Shown: piece after piece, positions 1 to 9,515 of the stretch
How positions within the stretch are numbered: the stretch's first letter is position 1
How the letters are laid out: every line of letters begins with the position of its first letter
NCBI GenBank assembly: GCA_046593035.1
Contig: JBKJSC010000201.1
Location: 2,273 to 66,272, forward strand
DNA: 64,000 nt
Direction: 5' to 3'
Source: Limisphaerales bacterium
GTDB lineage: Bacteria > Verrucomicrobiota > Verrucomicrobiia > Limisphaerales > JAYTXL01
Notes under the pieces: generated by a model
Told to the model about the DNA's origin: nothing
Seen by the model: only the letters and a program-made list of their open reading frames with translations
Databases searched by the model: none
Position numbers and translations under genes: made by a program

Positions 1-2
1 AA

Positions 3-806
3 GGCAAACAGCGTCGCGTGCTGTATCACAAGCTCTACGCCGAAGGCATCGTGAAGATCGAGGTGCCGGAAGCACTCACGGTGCCGCGCAGCGCGGTGCT
101 CTCGCCCGCTGGCCAGCCCGTGGTCTATGTGGACAAAGGCGGCGGCATTTTCGAGCAGCGCAAACTCAAGCTGGGGCGGGCGGGAGACGAGTTGTGGGAA
201 GTGCTCGACGGCTTGAAGGCGGGGGAATTTGTCGTGATGGCGGGCAATCTGCTCATCGACGCGCAGGCCCAGCTCAATTCCGGCACGGTCGTCGGCCACC
301 AGCACGGCGGCGAGACTAACGTGTCGGCTCCGTTGCTGAAGCCGGCGGTGGCGTTGACGGAAGCACAGCAAACAACCGCGAAGGATTTCATCGCCGTGGC
401 CGATGCACTTGAGGCCGCCCTGGCGAAATCATCCGTCGCGGAGTTCAACCAGGAGGCGGCGAAACTGCACGCCGTCGTTCCTGCGCTGACCAAGGCTTTC
501 GTGGACACGCCCGACTGGCAGCCGCTGGTTCAGCCAATCGAACGCATTGGTCATCTGGCGGCGGCTTCCGATATCAAAGCCGCGCGTAAGGCGTTCGTGC
601 CGTTCACGGCGGCGGCGGTGGATTTCGCCCGCAACCTGCGCATACACGATGCCAGGTTCAAGTCGTTGAAGATTTTCGAGTGTCCGATGGTAAACATGTC
701 ATTTCCGGGCGCGCCGAAAACCAGCCGGTGGCTGCAAATCCAGGGTCCGCTTCGCAACCCGTTCCTCGCCCCGGACATGATTGATTGCGGCACCGAGGTG
801 AAGTGA
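3..806 (+). CDS. cusB: Heavy-metal RND efflux periplasmic adaptor (CusB-like), 3' part, with C-terminal DUF3347-like domain; 5'-truncated by the window edge
   Basis: Frame is open from base 3. ALTVPRSAVL...GLKAGEFVVMAGNLLIDAQAQL matches an adaptor C-terminus; the tail has CPM...NPF...MIDCG; it lies directly upstream of cusA. Confidence 0.8.
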   Translation, partial: GKQRRVLYHKLYAEGIVKIEVPEALTVPRSAVLSPAGQPVVYVDKGGGIFEQRKLKLGRAGDELWEVLDGLKAGEFVVMAGNLLIDAQAQLNSGTVVGHQHGGETNVSAPLLKPAVALTEAQQTTAKDFIAVADALEAALAKSSVAEFNQEAAKLHAVVPALTKAFVDTPDWQPLVQPIERIGHLAAASDIKAARKAFVPFTAAAVDFARNLRIHDARFKSLKIFECPMVNMSFPGAPKTSRWLQIQGPLRNPFLAPDMIDCGTEVK

Positions 807-810
807 TTTT

Positions 811-3800
811 ATGATCAACCGCTTTATCGAATGGTCGTTGCGCAACCGCTTCCTCGTGTTGTGCGGTGCCCTGTTCATCCTCGCCGCGGGGGTGCGCGCC
901 ATTTACCGCACGCCGGTGGACGCCATCCCCGATCTCAGTGAGAACCAGGTCATCGTCTTCGCCGACTGGGCCGGTCGCAGTCCGCAGGAGGTCGAAGATC
1001 AGGTCACTTACCCGCTTTCGGTCAACCTTCAGGGACTCGCGGGCGTGAAGGCCGTGCGCGCGAACTCCATGTTCGGCTTCACACTCATCACGATCATCTT
1101 CGAGGAGAACATCGACAACTACTTCGCCCGCTCGCGCGTCCTGGAGCGGCTCAACCTCATCTCCAGCCAGATGCCGACAGGCGTGGTGCCGCAGCTTGGC
1201 CCCGATGCCACCGGCCTCGGATGGGTTTACCAATATTATCTGCACGTGGATCCCGCGCGCTCACCCGGAGGCGGCTATGACCTCGGCCAGTTGCGCGCGA
1301 TCCAGGACTGGTTCGTGCGTTACCAGCTCAACGCGGTCCAGGGTGTGGCGGAAGTCGGCAGCATCGGCGGCTTCGTGCGGCAGTACCAGATTGAAGTCTC
1401 CTCGATCAAAATGCGCTCGGCGCAGGTTTCGTTGCAGGACGTGATGAAGGCCGTCGGAGACAGCAACCTCAACGTCGGCGGAAAGGTGATCGAGGAAAAT
1501 GGCATGGAGTTCGTGGTGCGCGGCATCGGCCTGGTGAAGTCCACTACGGACCTGGAGCAGATCGTCCTTGTCGAACGCAACGGCACGCCGATCTATCTGC
1601 GTGACGTGGCGACAGTGCAGGTCGGCGGTGATTTCCGGCGCGGTGCGCTGGATGTGGACGGCCAGGAAGTTGTCGGGGGCACCGTCGTTATGCGCACCGG
1701 CGAGAATGGTCTGGCGGTCATCAATCGTGTGAAGGAAAAGATCAAGCAGATCAGCCCCAGCCTGCCGCCGGGCGTGAGCATCCGTCCATTTTACGACCGC
1801 AGCGAGCTGATTGACCGCACCATCGACACGCTCAAGCACGCGCTCGCCGAGGAGATGATCCTGGTGACGCTGGCGCATATCATTTTCCTGTTTCACTTTC
1901 GAAGCATCCTGATCGTGACGTTGCCGCTGCCGCTGTCGATTTTGATTTCGTTCATCCTGATGAAACAGTTCGGCATCACGTCGAACATCATGTCGCTGTC
2001 CGGCATCGCCATTGCCATTGGCGTGCTGGTGGACGCCGGCATCGTCATGACGGAGAATGTGATTCGCCACTGTGAGCAGGCCGAAGCAGAGAAAGGGAAA
2101 GTAATCAGTAGGTCAGTGAACAGTGAATCAGTGGGGAACTGTGCCGGCGCTAATACTGACCTACTGGTTACTGGTTCACTGATTACTAATTCTTCATGTC
2201 GCCTGACCGCAGCTGAAACCTGGCAGGTGACGCTGGCCGCTTCCAAGCAGGTCGGCCGCCCCATCTTCTTCGCCATGGTCATCATCATCCTCGCATTTGT
2301 CCCGGTGTTCGCGTTGACGGGGCAGGAGGGCAAGTTGTTTCATCCGCTCGCGTTCGCCAAGACGTTCGCCATGATTGGCTCGACGCTGCTGGCGGTCACC
2401 ATCGTGCCGGCCTTGTGCGCGGGGCTCGTGCGTGGGCCGTTTCACACCGAGGATCGCAACTGGGTCATGCGTGTCCTGCTCGCCATTTACGATCCGTTGC
2501 TCGACCTCGCCCTGCGCTTCCGCAAGACGGTGATCGCGGGCGCGGCCCTGCTGCTCGTGTCCGCTCTGGTGCTGGCGTTCGGTCTGCCCGGCCCGGTGCG
2601 GCATCAACTCGAAGCCTGGAACTTTAAGATCGCCCCGGATGCCCTGCACGGAATGGGCCGGGAATTCATGCCGCCGTTAAACGAGGGCAGCCTGCTGTTC
2701 ATGCCGGTAATGCTGCCCAGCACGTCGCTCTCCGAAGTGAAGCGCATCATGTCCTGGCAGGATCAAGTTATCCGCCAGGTGCCGGAGGTGGTGTCGGTCG
2801 CGGGCAAGTTGGGCCGCGCCGAAACCGCCACTGACCCCGCGCCAGTCGAGATGATCGAGACGACGATTATGCTCAAGCCGGAGTACCTTCCGACCAACCG
2901 CACCGTCTTCGGCTTTTTGAAAATCCCCACCACGATCCGCAACCCGGAGTGGCGGCCCGGCATGACGCCAGCGAAGCTCAAGGAGGAGTTGATGGAAAAA
3001 CTCACTTATGTGCCTGGTTACGTGCCGAGTTTTTTGCAGCCCATCGAGAACCGGATCCTCATGCTGAGCACTGGCATTCGCGCCCAGGTTGGCGTGAAGA
3101 TTCTCGGGGACGACCTTGAGGCGTTGCAGCAAAAAGCCTTCGATGTGGAGCGAATCATCAAGGAAATTCCCGGCGCCCTGGGGGTCACTCCCTCACGCGT
3201 GCAGGGCAAGCCGTATCTGGAGATCGAGGTGGATCGCGTGGCGATGGCGCGCTTCGGCTTGCGCGCGCAGGACGTACTCAATGTCGTCGAGGCCGGTCTG
3301 GGCGGGAAGAATGTGAGCACCACCATTGAGCGACGCGAGCGGTATCCGATCCAGGTCCGCCTCGAGCGGCACGAGCGTGATGACATTGAGCGTCTCGGCG
3401 AAGTCCTCGTGGCCACGCCGTCGGGCCGGCAGATCCCGCTCGGCCAGGTTGCGAAGATTCATCGCACCACCGGCCCCAGCGAGATTGCCAGCGAGAACGG
3501 CCGCCTGCGTGTCTACGTGCAGGCGAATGTGGAAGGCCGCGATCTCGGCGGCTTTGTGAATGAGATCAAGGCGCGTCTCGATCGCGAAATCGTCCCGACC
3601 CTGCCCAAGGGCATGACCATCGAATATTCCGGCGAATATGAAAATCTCGTCCGCGCCGCGCGCACGCTCACGCTGATTGTGCCGTCGGTGTTGCTCATCA
3701 TCTTCCTGCTGCTCTACGTCGTTTATCATTCGGCCAAGGAAGCGGCGCATGTGATCCTCGCCGTGCCGTTTGCGCTGACCGGCGGCGTGTTTCTGCAATA

Positions 3801-4209
3801 CCTTCTGGGCTACAACTTCAGCGTCGCGGTGTGGGTCGGCTACATCGCGCTGTTCGGCACCGCGATCCAGACCGGCGTGGTAATGGTGGTTTATCTGGAG
3901 GAAATGCTGGCGAAGAAAAAGGCCGAACGCGGGGACGCCTTTACGCGCGACGACTTGATTCAGGCCATCAAAGACGGCGCGCGTTTGCGGCTGCGTCCGA
4001 AAGTGATGACCGTGGCGACCATCGTGGCGAGTTTGTTGCCGATCATGTGGAGCAACCGCACCGGCGCGGAAGTGATGAAGCCACTGGCCACGCCCGTGAT
4101 CGGCGGCATGTTGAGCAGCCTGGTCCACATCCTCATCGTGACGCCGGTGATCTTTGCCTGGCTGCGCGAACGGGAATTGCGGAGCGAGTTGAGACGAAAA
4201 AAGGCTTAA
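811..4209 (+). CDS. cusA: CusA/CzcA family heavy-metal efflux RND permease
   Basis: 1132 aa with PVDAIPDLSENQVIV, LGPDATGLGWVYQY, ETATDPAPVEMIET and RLRPKVMT motifs. Confidence 0.95.
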   Translation: MINRFIEWSLRNRFLVLCGALFILAAGVRAIYRTPVDAIPDLSENQVIVFADWAGRSPQEVEDQVTYPLSVNLQGLAGVKAVRANSMFGFTLITIIFEENIDNYFARSRVLERLNLISSQMPTGVVPQLGPDATGLGWVYQYYLHVDPARSPGGGYDLGQLRAIQDWFVRYQLNAVQGVAEVGSIGGFVRQYQIEVSSIKMRSAQVSLQDVMKAVGDSNLNVGGKVIEENGMEFVVRGIGLVKSTTDLEQIVLVERNGTPIYLRDVATVQVGGDFRRGALDVDGQEVVGGTVVMRTGENGLAVINRVKEKIKQISPSLPPGVSIRPFYDRSELIDRTIDTLKHALAEEMILVTLAHIIFLFHFRSILIVTLPLPLSILISFILMKQFGITSNIMSLSGIAIAIGVLVDAGIVMTENVIRHCEQAEAEKGKVISRSVNSESVGNCAGANTDLLVTGSLITNSSCRLTAAETWQVTLAASKQVGRPIFFAMVIIILAFVPVFALTGQEGKLFHPLAFAKTFAMIGSTLLAVTIVPALCAGLVRGPFHTEDRNWVMRVLLAIYDPLLDLALRFRKTVIAGAALLLVSALVLAFGLPGPVRHQLEAWNFKIAPDALHGMGREFMPPLNEGSLLFMPVMLPSTSLSEVKRIMSWQDQVIRQVPEVVSVAGKLGRAETATDPAPVEMIETTIMLKPEYLPTNRTVFGFLKIPTTIRNPEWRPGMTPAKLKEELMEKLTYVPGYVPSFLQPIENRILMLSTGIRAQVGVKILGDDLEALQQKAFDVERIIKEIPGALGVTPSRVQGKPYLEIEVDRVAMARFGLRAQDVLNVVEAGLGGKNVSTTIERRERYPIQVRLERHERDDIERLGEVLVATPSGRQIPLGQVAKIHRTTGPSEIASENGRLRVYVQANVEGRDLGGFVNEIKARLDREIVPTLPKGMTIEYSGEYENLVRAARTLTLIVPSVLLIIFLLLYVVYHSAKEAAHVILAVPFALTGGVFLQYLLGYNFSVAVWVGYIALFGTAIQTGVVMVVYLEEMLAKKKAERGDAFTRDDLIQAIKDGARLRLRPKVMTVATIVASLLPIMWSNRTGAEVMKPLATPVIGGMLSSLVHILIVTPVIFAWLRERELRSELRRKKA
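2100..2187. repeat. In-frame inverted repeat built from alternating 7/8-nt units, inside cusA
   Basis: Left arm agtaatcagtaggtcagtgaacagtgaatcagt (2100-2132); right arm actgacctactggttactggttcactgattact (2155-2187); AT-rich relative to the gene. Confidence 0.85.
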
Positions 4210-4251
4210 CGGCCATCGCTCGCTTTCTGCCTCGAATGAATATGGCCCGTC

Positions 4252-6270
4252 GTGCGTCAGTTAAGGTGCAAGTCCATTTTGAACCGATTAACGGCCATCG
4301 CCATCGCGATCTTCGCCGGGAGCCTGACCGCGCCCGGGGCGGGGGATTTTGCGCGCACATCGGAGGAACGCGTGGCAACTCAACCATCGAAGCGCGAACC
4401 CAAAGAACACTGGGCCTTCAAAGCGCCCCGGCAGCCCGCCGTACCGGTCGTGATGAATCGGTCCTGGATTCGCAATCCCATCGATGCCTTTGTGCTCGCC
4501 CGATTGGAGCGGGAAAAAACCGTGCCGTCGCCGGAAGCGGATCGTCGCACTTTGCTGCGGCGGCTTAGTCTGGATTTGCTCGGTCTGCCGCCCACACCGG
4601 AACAACTGGACGCTTTTCTGCGCGACCCGCGACCTGATGCGTATGAGCGGCTGGTGGACACGCTACTGGCTTCGCCGCACTTCGGCGAACGCTGGGGGCG
4701 GCACTGGCTGGACCTCGCGCGCTACGCGGACAGCGACGGTTACCAGCTCGATCATGTTCGCCCGTGGGCTTACGTGTATCGAGATTGGGTCATCAGCGCT
4801 TTCAACCGCGATCTGCCCTTCGATCAATTTACTCTTGAGCAACTCGCCGGGGATTTGTTGCCGAATGCGACGGTCGAGCAGCGCGTCGCCACCGGTTTTC
4901 ACCGCCAAACCCTCGTGAACAACGAGGACGGGGTGGACAAAGCGGAGGATCGCAACAAGGCGAAGGTGGATCGGGTCGCCACGACGGGCACGGTCTGGCT
5001 CGGCCTTACGGTCGGTTGCGCGGAATGTCATTCGCACAAATATGATCCAATCAGCCAGCGTGAGTTTTACCAGCTCTACGCGTTTTTTAATCACGCGGAG
5101 GATGAAATCTTCAACGTGACACCGAACGTGCAGGCCTATGGCTTCCGCGCGGCGACTGCTCCGACGAAGACGTTCTTACATGTGCGCGGCGACTTCCAGC
5201 GGCACGGCGACGAAGTGCAACCAGGTTTGCTGAAAGTATTGAACTTAAATGCCGCATCGGCCCAAGCCAAAAAGCCTAGTGCCAAAGCGGGGCGAGACCA
5301 CAACCTCCCACTTGCGGTTTCCACGAATGGCCCCACGCGGCTCGACCTCGCGCGCTGGCTAGTGAACCCGGCGAATCCGCTCACCGCGCGCGTCGAAGTG
5401 AATCGTCTTTGGCAGCACCTGTTCGGACGTGGTTTGGTCGCGACTCCGAATGATTTTGGAACGCGGGGCCAGCCGCCCTCACATCCAGAATTGCTGGACT
5501 GGCTTGCGACGGAGTTCCAGCAGCGTGGGTGGAGCCGCAAAGAAATGATCCGGCTCATCGTGACTTCGGCGGCTTACCGACAGTCGTCGCACACTCGCTC
5601 GGAGTTAGTGGAACGCGATCCGCAAAATATTTTACTCGCGCGACAAAATCGATTTCGAGTCGAGGCCGAAGTTGTTCGCGACCTGCACCTCGCTGCGAGT
5701 GGGTTGTTGAATCCCACCGTGGGTGGACCGAGCATTTACCCGCCGATGCCGGCGGACCTCTACAAAATCGGCTACGTGGACCGCAGCATCCCGTGGGTCG
5801 AGTCCACCGGCGCGGCGCGATATCGGCGCGGCCTCTACGTGCAAACCCAGCGCACGGTGCAGTATCCCGTGTCCACCACGCTGGACGCCGCCAATCCCAG
5901 CGAGTCGATCCCGCTGCGTGATCGGTCGAACACACCGTTGCAGGCGCTGACGTTGCTGAACAATGTGGTTTTCTTCGAGTGCGCCCAGGCACTGGCCCGG
6001 CGGATGGACGCCGCTCATGGCAACACGCCGCGCGCATCGCTGGCGCAGGGCTTTGAACTTTGCCTCACCCGCCCGCCCTCGCCAGCGGAACTGGAGCGGT
6101 TGGAAGAATTGTTTGAACAGGAACGGCTTTTTGCTGAGGCGAATCCAGCGGGAGCGGCAAAGCTCATTCGTCAACCAGCCCCGACCAAGGAAGCTTTGGC
6201 GAAACAGGCCGCATTCGTGGTGGTGGCGCAAACCTTGATGAACCTGGATGAATTTCTAACGCGGGAATAA
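4252..6270 (+). CDS. DUF1549/DUF1553 (PSCyt2/PSD1) domain protein
   Basis: HWAFKAP, NPIDAFV, FGERWGRHWLDLARYADSDG, CAECH, NPLTARV and NTPLQALTLLN motifs; start uncertain. Confidence 0.9.
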   Translation: MRQLRCKSILNRLTAIAIAIFAGSLTAPGAGDFARTSEERVATQPSKREPKEHWAFKAPRQPAVPVVMNRSWIRNPIDAFVLARLEREKTVPSPEADRRTLLRRLSLDLLGLPPTPEQLDAFLRDPRPDAYERLVDTLLASPHFGERWGRHWLDLARYADSDGYQLDHVRPWAYVYRDWVISAFNRDLPFDQFTLEQLAGDLLPNATVEQRVATGFHRQTLVNNEDGVDKAEDRNKAKVDRVATTGTVWLGLTVGCAECHSHKYDPISQREFYQLYAFFNHAEDEIFNVTPNVQAYGFRAATAPTKTFLHVRGDFQRHGDEVQPGLLKVLNLNAASAQAKKPSAKAGRDHNLPLAVSTNGPTRLDLARWLVNPANPLTARVEVNRLWQHLFGRGLVATPNDFGTRGQPPSHPELLDWLATEFQQRGWSRKEMIRLIVTSAAYRQSSHTRSELVERDPQNILLARQNRFRVEAEVVRDLHLAASGLLNPTVGGPSIYPPMPADLYKIGYVDRSIPWVESTGAARYRRGLYVQTQRTVQYPVSTTLDAANPSESIPLRDRSNTPLQALTLLNNVVFFECAQALARRMDAAHGNTPRASLAQGFELCLTRPPSPAELERLEELFEQERLFAEANPAGAAKLIRQPAPTKEALAKQAAFVVVAQTLMNLDEFLTRE

Positions 6271-6284
6271 AATCACAATCACCC

Positions 6285-7757
6285 TTGACTGCCAACGAAA
6301 TCATTAATCTTACGCGCCGCGATTTTCTGTTCGGCGGCGCGCGTGGCTGCGGCGCGCTGGCCTTGGCCACGTTGCTGGGCCAGGATAATTTGTTAGCGAC
6401 GGGCGCGAAGCAGACTGTTTCCCCGGCTCATCCGCTTACGCCCCGGCTCCCGCACTTCGCGCCGAAGGCGAAGCGTTGCATTTTCATCTACATGGAAGGC
6501 GGCGTGAGCCAGATTGATTTGTTCGATCCCAAGCCGAAGCTCACGCAGTTGAACGGCCAGAAATTACCGGAATCTCTCACGAAGGGCGTCCGCTTCGCTT
6601 TCCTGGATAAAGCTGCGGCGACGCTGCTGGGCAGTCCCTACCAATTCCGCCGCGCTGGGAAGAGCGGCATGGAATTCTCCCGGCTCCTGCCGCATCTGAG
6701 CGAGTGTGTCGATGATCTCGCGCTCATTCGCTCGCTGCACACCGAAGCGTTCAACCACCATCCCGGCGAGCTGTTGATGTATTCCGGTTCTCAGGGTCCA
6801 GGCCGGCCGAGTGTCGGCGCGTGGGTGAATTACGCGCTGGGCAGTCCGTCACAGAATTTGCCTGGCTACGCCGTGCTCGCGTCCGGCCGCGCGCCCAGTG
6901 GTGGCACTTCGATGTTCACCAGCGGTTTCTTGCCCACGAATTTTCAAGGCGTAGTTTTCCGCAATCAGGGCGAGCCAGTGCAAGATTTGACCAACCCTCC
7001 CGGACTGACCGACGAGATGCGACACCACAGTCTTGGTGCGTTGCGGGACTTGAATCAACTGCGCCAAAAAACCGTCGGCGATCCGGACATCGCCGCGCGC
7101 ATCGCGTCGTATGAATTGGCCGCGCGGATGCAACTCGCAGCGCCCGCGCTGACGGATCTCAGCGGCGAATCGCCCGCCACGCTCGCAGCCTACGGCGTGA
7201 ACCGCGACGCGGGCGGCATGAACACGCAGCGGGGCGGCGGGCCGGAAAGTTTCAAGACGTTTGCCCGAAATTGCCTGTTGGCCCGGCGCATGGTCGAGCA
7301 GGGCGTGCGCTTCATCAATTTGCATCACGCCTCGTGGGATCATCACAACGACCTCGACAACGACCTCACGTTCAACTGCCGCGTCTGCGATCAACCCATC
7401 GCAGCGCTGCTGAAAGATTTGAAACAGCGCGGATTGTTGGACAGCACGCTGGTAGTGTGGGCGTCGGAGTTTGGCCGTACTCCGCTCGGCCAGAACGGCA
7501 CGGCGGGCCGCGACCATCATCCGTTTGTGTTTTCTACCTGGATGGCTGGCGGCGGCGTGAAGGGCGGGACGACGTACGGTGAGAGCGACGAGTTTGGCTG
7601 GGGCGTCGCGAAAGACGCCGTTCATGTGAACGATTTTCACGCGACGATTCTCCATCTCTTCGGTCTGAACCACGAGCAGCTCACCTATCGCTATCAAGGC
7701 CGCGATTTTCGGCTGACCGATGTGGCCGGCAAAGTCGTGCAAGGCATCCTGGCGTGA
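6285..7757 (+). CDS. DUF1501 family protein with Tat signal
   Basis: TRRDFL Tat motif; GGVSQIDLFDPKP, SEFGRTP, GRDHHP and GRDFRLTDV. Confidence 0.92.
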   Translation: MTANEIINLTRRDFLFGGARGCGALALATLLGQDNLLATGAKQTVSPAHPLTPRLPHFAPKAKRCIFIYMEGGVSQIDLFDPKPKLTQLNGQKLPESLTKGVRFAFLDKAAATLLGSPYQFRRAGKSGMEFSRLLPHLSECVDDLALIRSLHTEAFNHHPGELLMYSGSQGPGRPSVGAWVNYALGSPSQNLPGYAVLASGRAPSGGTSMFTSGFLPTNFQGVVFRNQGEPVQDLTNPPGLTDEMRHHSLGALRDLNQLRQKTVGDPDIAARIASYELAARMQLAAPALTDLSGESPATLAAYGVNRDAGGMNTQRGGGPESFKTFARNCLLARRMVEQGVRFINLHHASWDHHNDLDNDLTFNCRVCDQPIAALLKDLKQRGLLDSTLVVWASEFGRTPLGQNGTAGRDHHPFVFSTWMAGGGVKGGTTYGESDEFGWGVAKDAVHVNDFHATILHLFGLNHEQLTYRYQGRDFRLTDVAGKVVQGILA

Positions 7758-7825
7758 GGCAATTGTTGCGACGGGAAGATTCCGGGCATTGAACAAATCT
7801 CTCGGCTCGCTTAAAACCCTTTGGC

Positions 7826-9382
7826 ATGAAAATCATAGCCCTTCCTTGCCGCACTCTTGGCCACGCTTCCCCCCGTCTGTCTTCGACCACTTTCACTTTA
7901 CTCATGGCGGTGATCGCAATCTTCACGCTGGCCGCCGCCGACGCGGCGCAACTCAAGGCGGGTGTCGCGAAGATCGTCATCACCGACGCCACGGGACCAT
8001 CGAACGATCCTTTGTACGTCAAGGCGCTGGTGCTGGACGATGGAACAACCAGAGCGGTGATCATCACCGTGGACGCCGTCGCCATCGCGGAGATTGGCAC
8101 GATCAAGAATGACTATCTCGCCAAGGTGCGCGCGCAGTTACTGCAAGAACTGAACATCAAACCCGCGAACGTCTTGGTCAATGCCAGCCATTGTCACGGT
8201 CGGGTATGCGCCGATGTCGCGGAACGCACGGTTCAAGCGGTGAAGGAAGCAGCGCGGATTCTGGTGCCCGTTCGCGTCGGTGCCGGCACTGGACGCGAAG
8301 ACCGGATCATGGAAAACCGTCGGCTCAAATTGAAGAGCGGCAAGGAAGCGGATGTCCGCCATGCCTATTCGCTGCCCTCTGATGAAATGGTCGCCGAGGT
8401 GGGGCCGGTGGATCCGCAAATCGGCATCCTTCGGCTGGACAGGGAGGACGGAAAGACACTGGCGGTGGTTTACAATTTCGCGTGCCATCCCATCCAAGGC
8501 GTTCCGAACGGCGGCAATAGCGTGACCGCGGACATCGTCGGCTTTGCTTCCAAGGTGATTGAAGACAATTTGAGCGAAGGCACCATCGCCCTGTTTCTGC
8601 AAGGCTGCGCCGGGGACATCAATCCGGTTTTGTACAAGGATGTCGCCAATCCCCGGAACGCCGAGCCGTTGGGAAATATGCTCGGTCTGAGTACGCTGCA
8701 GGCTTTGAAAAAAATCCCCAGCCGGAGCAACGGAGAACTCAAGATCATCAACGAGACCCTCGAACTGCCGCGCGCCCGGCTCGCGGAACGCATCGAATCG
8801 CTACAGGCCGAACAGGCCAAGCTGGTGCAGTCCTTGACCGGCACGAGCCTCAACTTCAAAACGTTTCTGCCGCTCGTCGTGAAATACAATTTCTCTCCGG
8901 AGTTTCCCTCGTATTATTCCCACCGGTACTTGCACGAAAAAATATTAGGCCGAAGCGACTTGAAACTGCTGGATGCGGAAAACCGGGCGAACATGGACGC
9001 GTATGTCAAAAACATTTACACCATGGAAGAGTTGACTCGCCTTCAGACGAACCTGGCCTTGTTAAAAATGCATCACGCGCAAAATGTAGCCGCCGGAAAG
9101 AAAACGGTCGAAGTGGAAGTGGTGGGCCTTCGCATCGGCGATTTTGTGCTCGCCAGTTTTCCGGGAGAATTGACGGTGCAGATTGGGCTGAATCTCAAGA
9201 AGGCGTCACCTCACAAACTCACCTTCGTGGCAGGGTATTCCAACGGTTACATCTACTACGCGCCCACGGCGGAACAGCTTCGTAATGTGGGCGGCGCGCA
9301 GGAGGACAGCGATTGCATTTTGGCCCCGGAATGGCAGAAGCTGTATGAAACCAAGGCGCTGGAAATCTTGAAACGGCTGTGA
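7826..9382 (+). CDS. Secreted neutral/alkaline ceramidase-like hypothetical hydrolase
   Basis: AGVAKIVIT, DPLYVKALVL, NASHCH, NFACHP, QGCAGDINP, PGEL and GYSNGYIYYAP motifs. Confidence 0.6.
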   Translation: MKIIALPCRTLGHASPRLSSTTFTLLMAVIAIFTLAAADAAQLKAGVAKIVITDATGPSNDPLYVKALVLDDGTTRAVIITVDAVAIAEIGTIKNDYLAKVRAQLLQELNIKPANVLVNASHCHGRVCADVAERTVQAVKEAARILVPVRVGAGTGREDRIMENRRLKLKSGKEADVRHAYSLPSDEMVAEVGPVDPQIGILRLDREDGKTLAVVYNFACHPIQGVPNGGNSVTADIVGFASKVIEDNLSEGTIALFLQGCAGDINPVLYKDVANPRNAEPLGNMLGLSTLQALKKIPSRSNGELKIINETLELPRARLAERIESLQAEQAKLVQSLTGTSLNFKTFLPLVVKYNFSPEFPSYYSHRYLHEKILGRSDLKLLDAENRANMDAYVKNIYTMEELTRLQTNLALLKMHHAQNVAAGKKTVEVEVVGLRIGDFVLASFPGELTVQIGLNLKKASPHKLTFVAGYSNGYIYYAPTAEQLRNVGGAQEDSDCILAPEWQKLYETKALEILKRL

Positions 9383-9390
9383 GTCAGCGC

Positions 9391-9515
9391 GAGCAGCCCG
9401 TCGAAAAAGTAGGAGCCGACGTGAGGAGGCTCTGATCTGTTCGTAATCCTCCGAAGACATTTGAGCCTTGTTACCTCGGCTGCTACCAAAACGGAAGTTT
9501 TTCAACAGACTGCTA
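9391..9515. mobile_element. Composite miniature element: outer inverted repeats enclosing a GTAG REP doublet
   Basis: Outer agcagcccgtcgaaaaa / tttttcaacagactgct; inner gtaggagccgacgtgaggaggctc (from 9409) / gagccttgttacctcggctgctac (to 9486). Confidence 0.75.

Noticed and set aside
5230-5335. Possible in-frame repeat insertion in the DUF1553 gene
   Set aside because: A low-complexity linker with slightly lower GC but no convincing palindrome or repeat unit.
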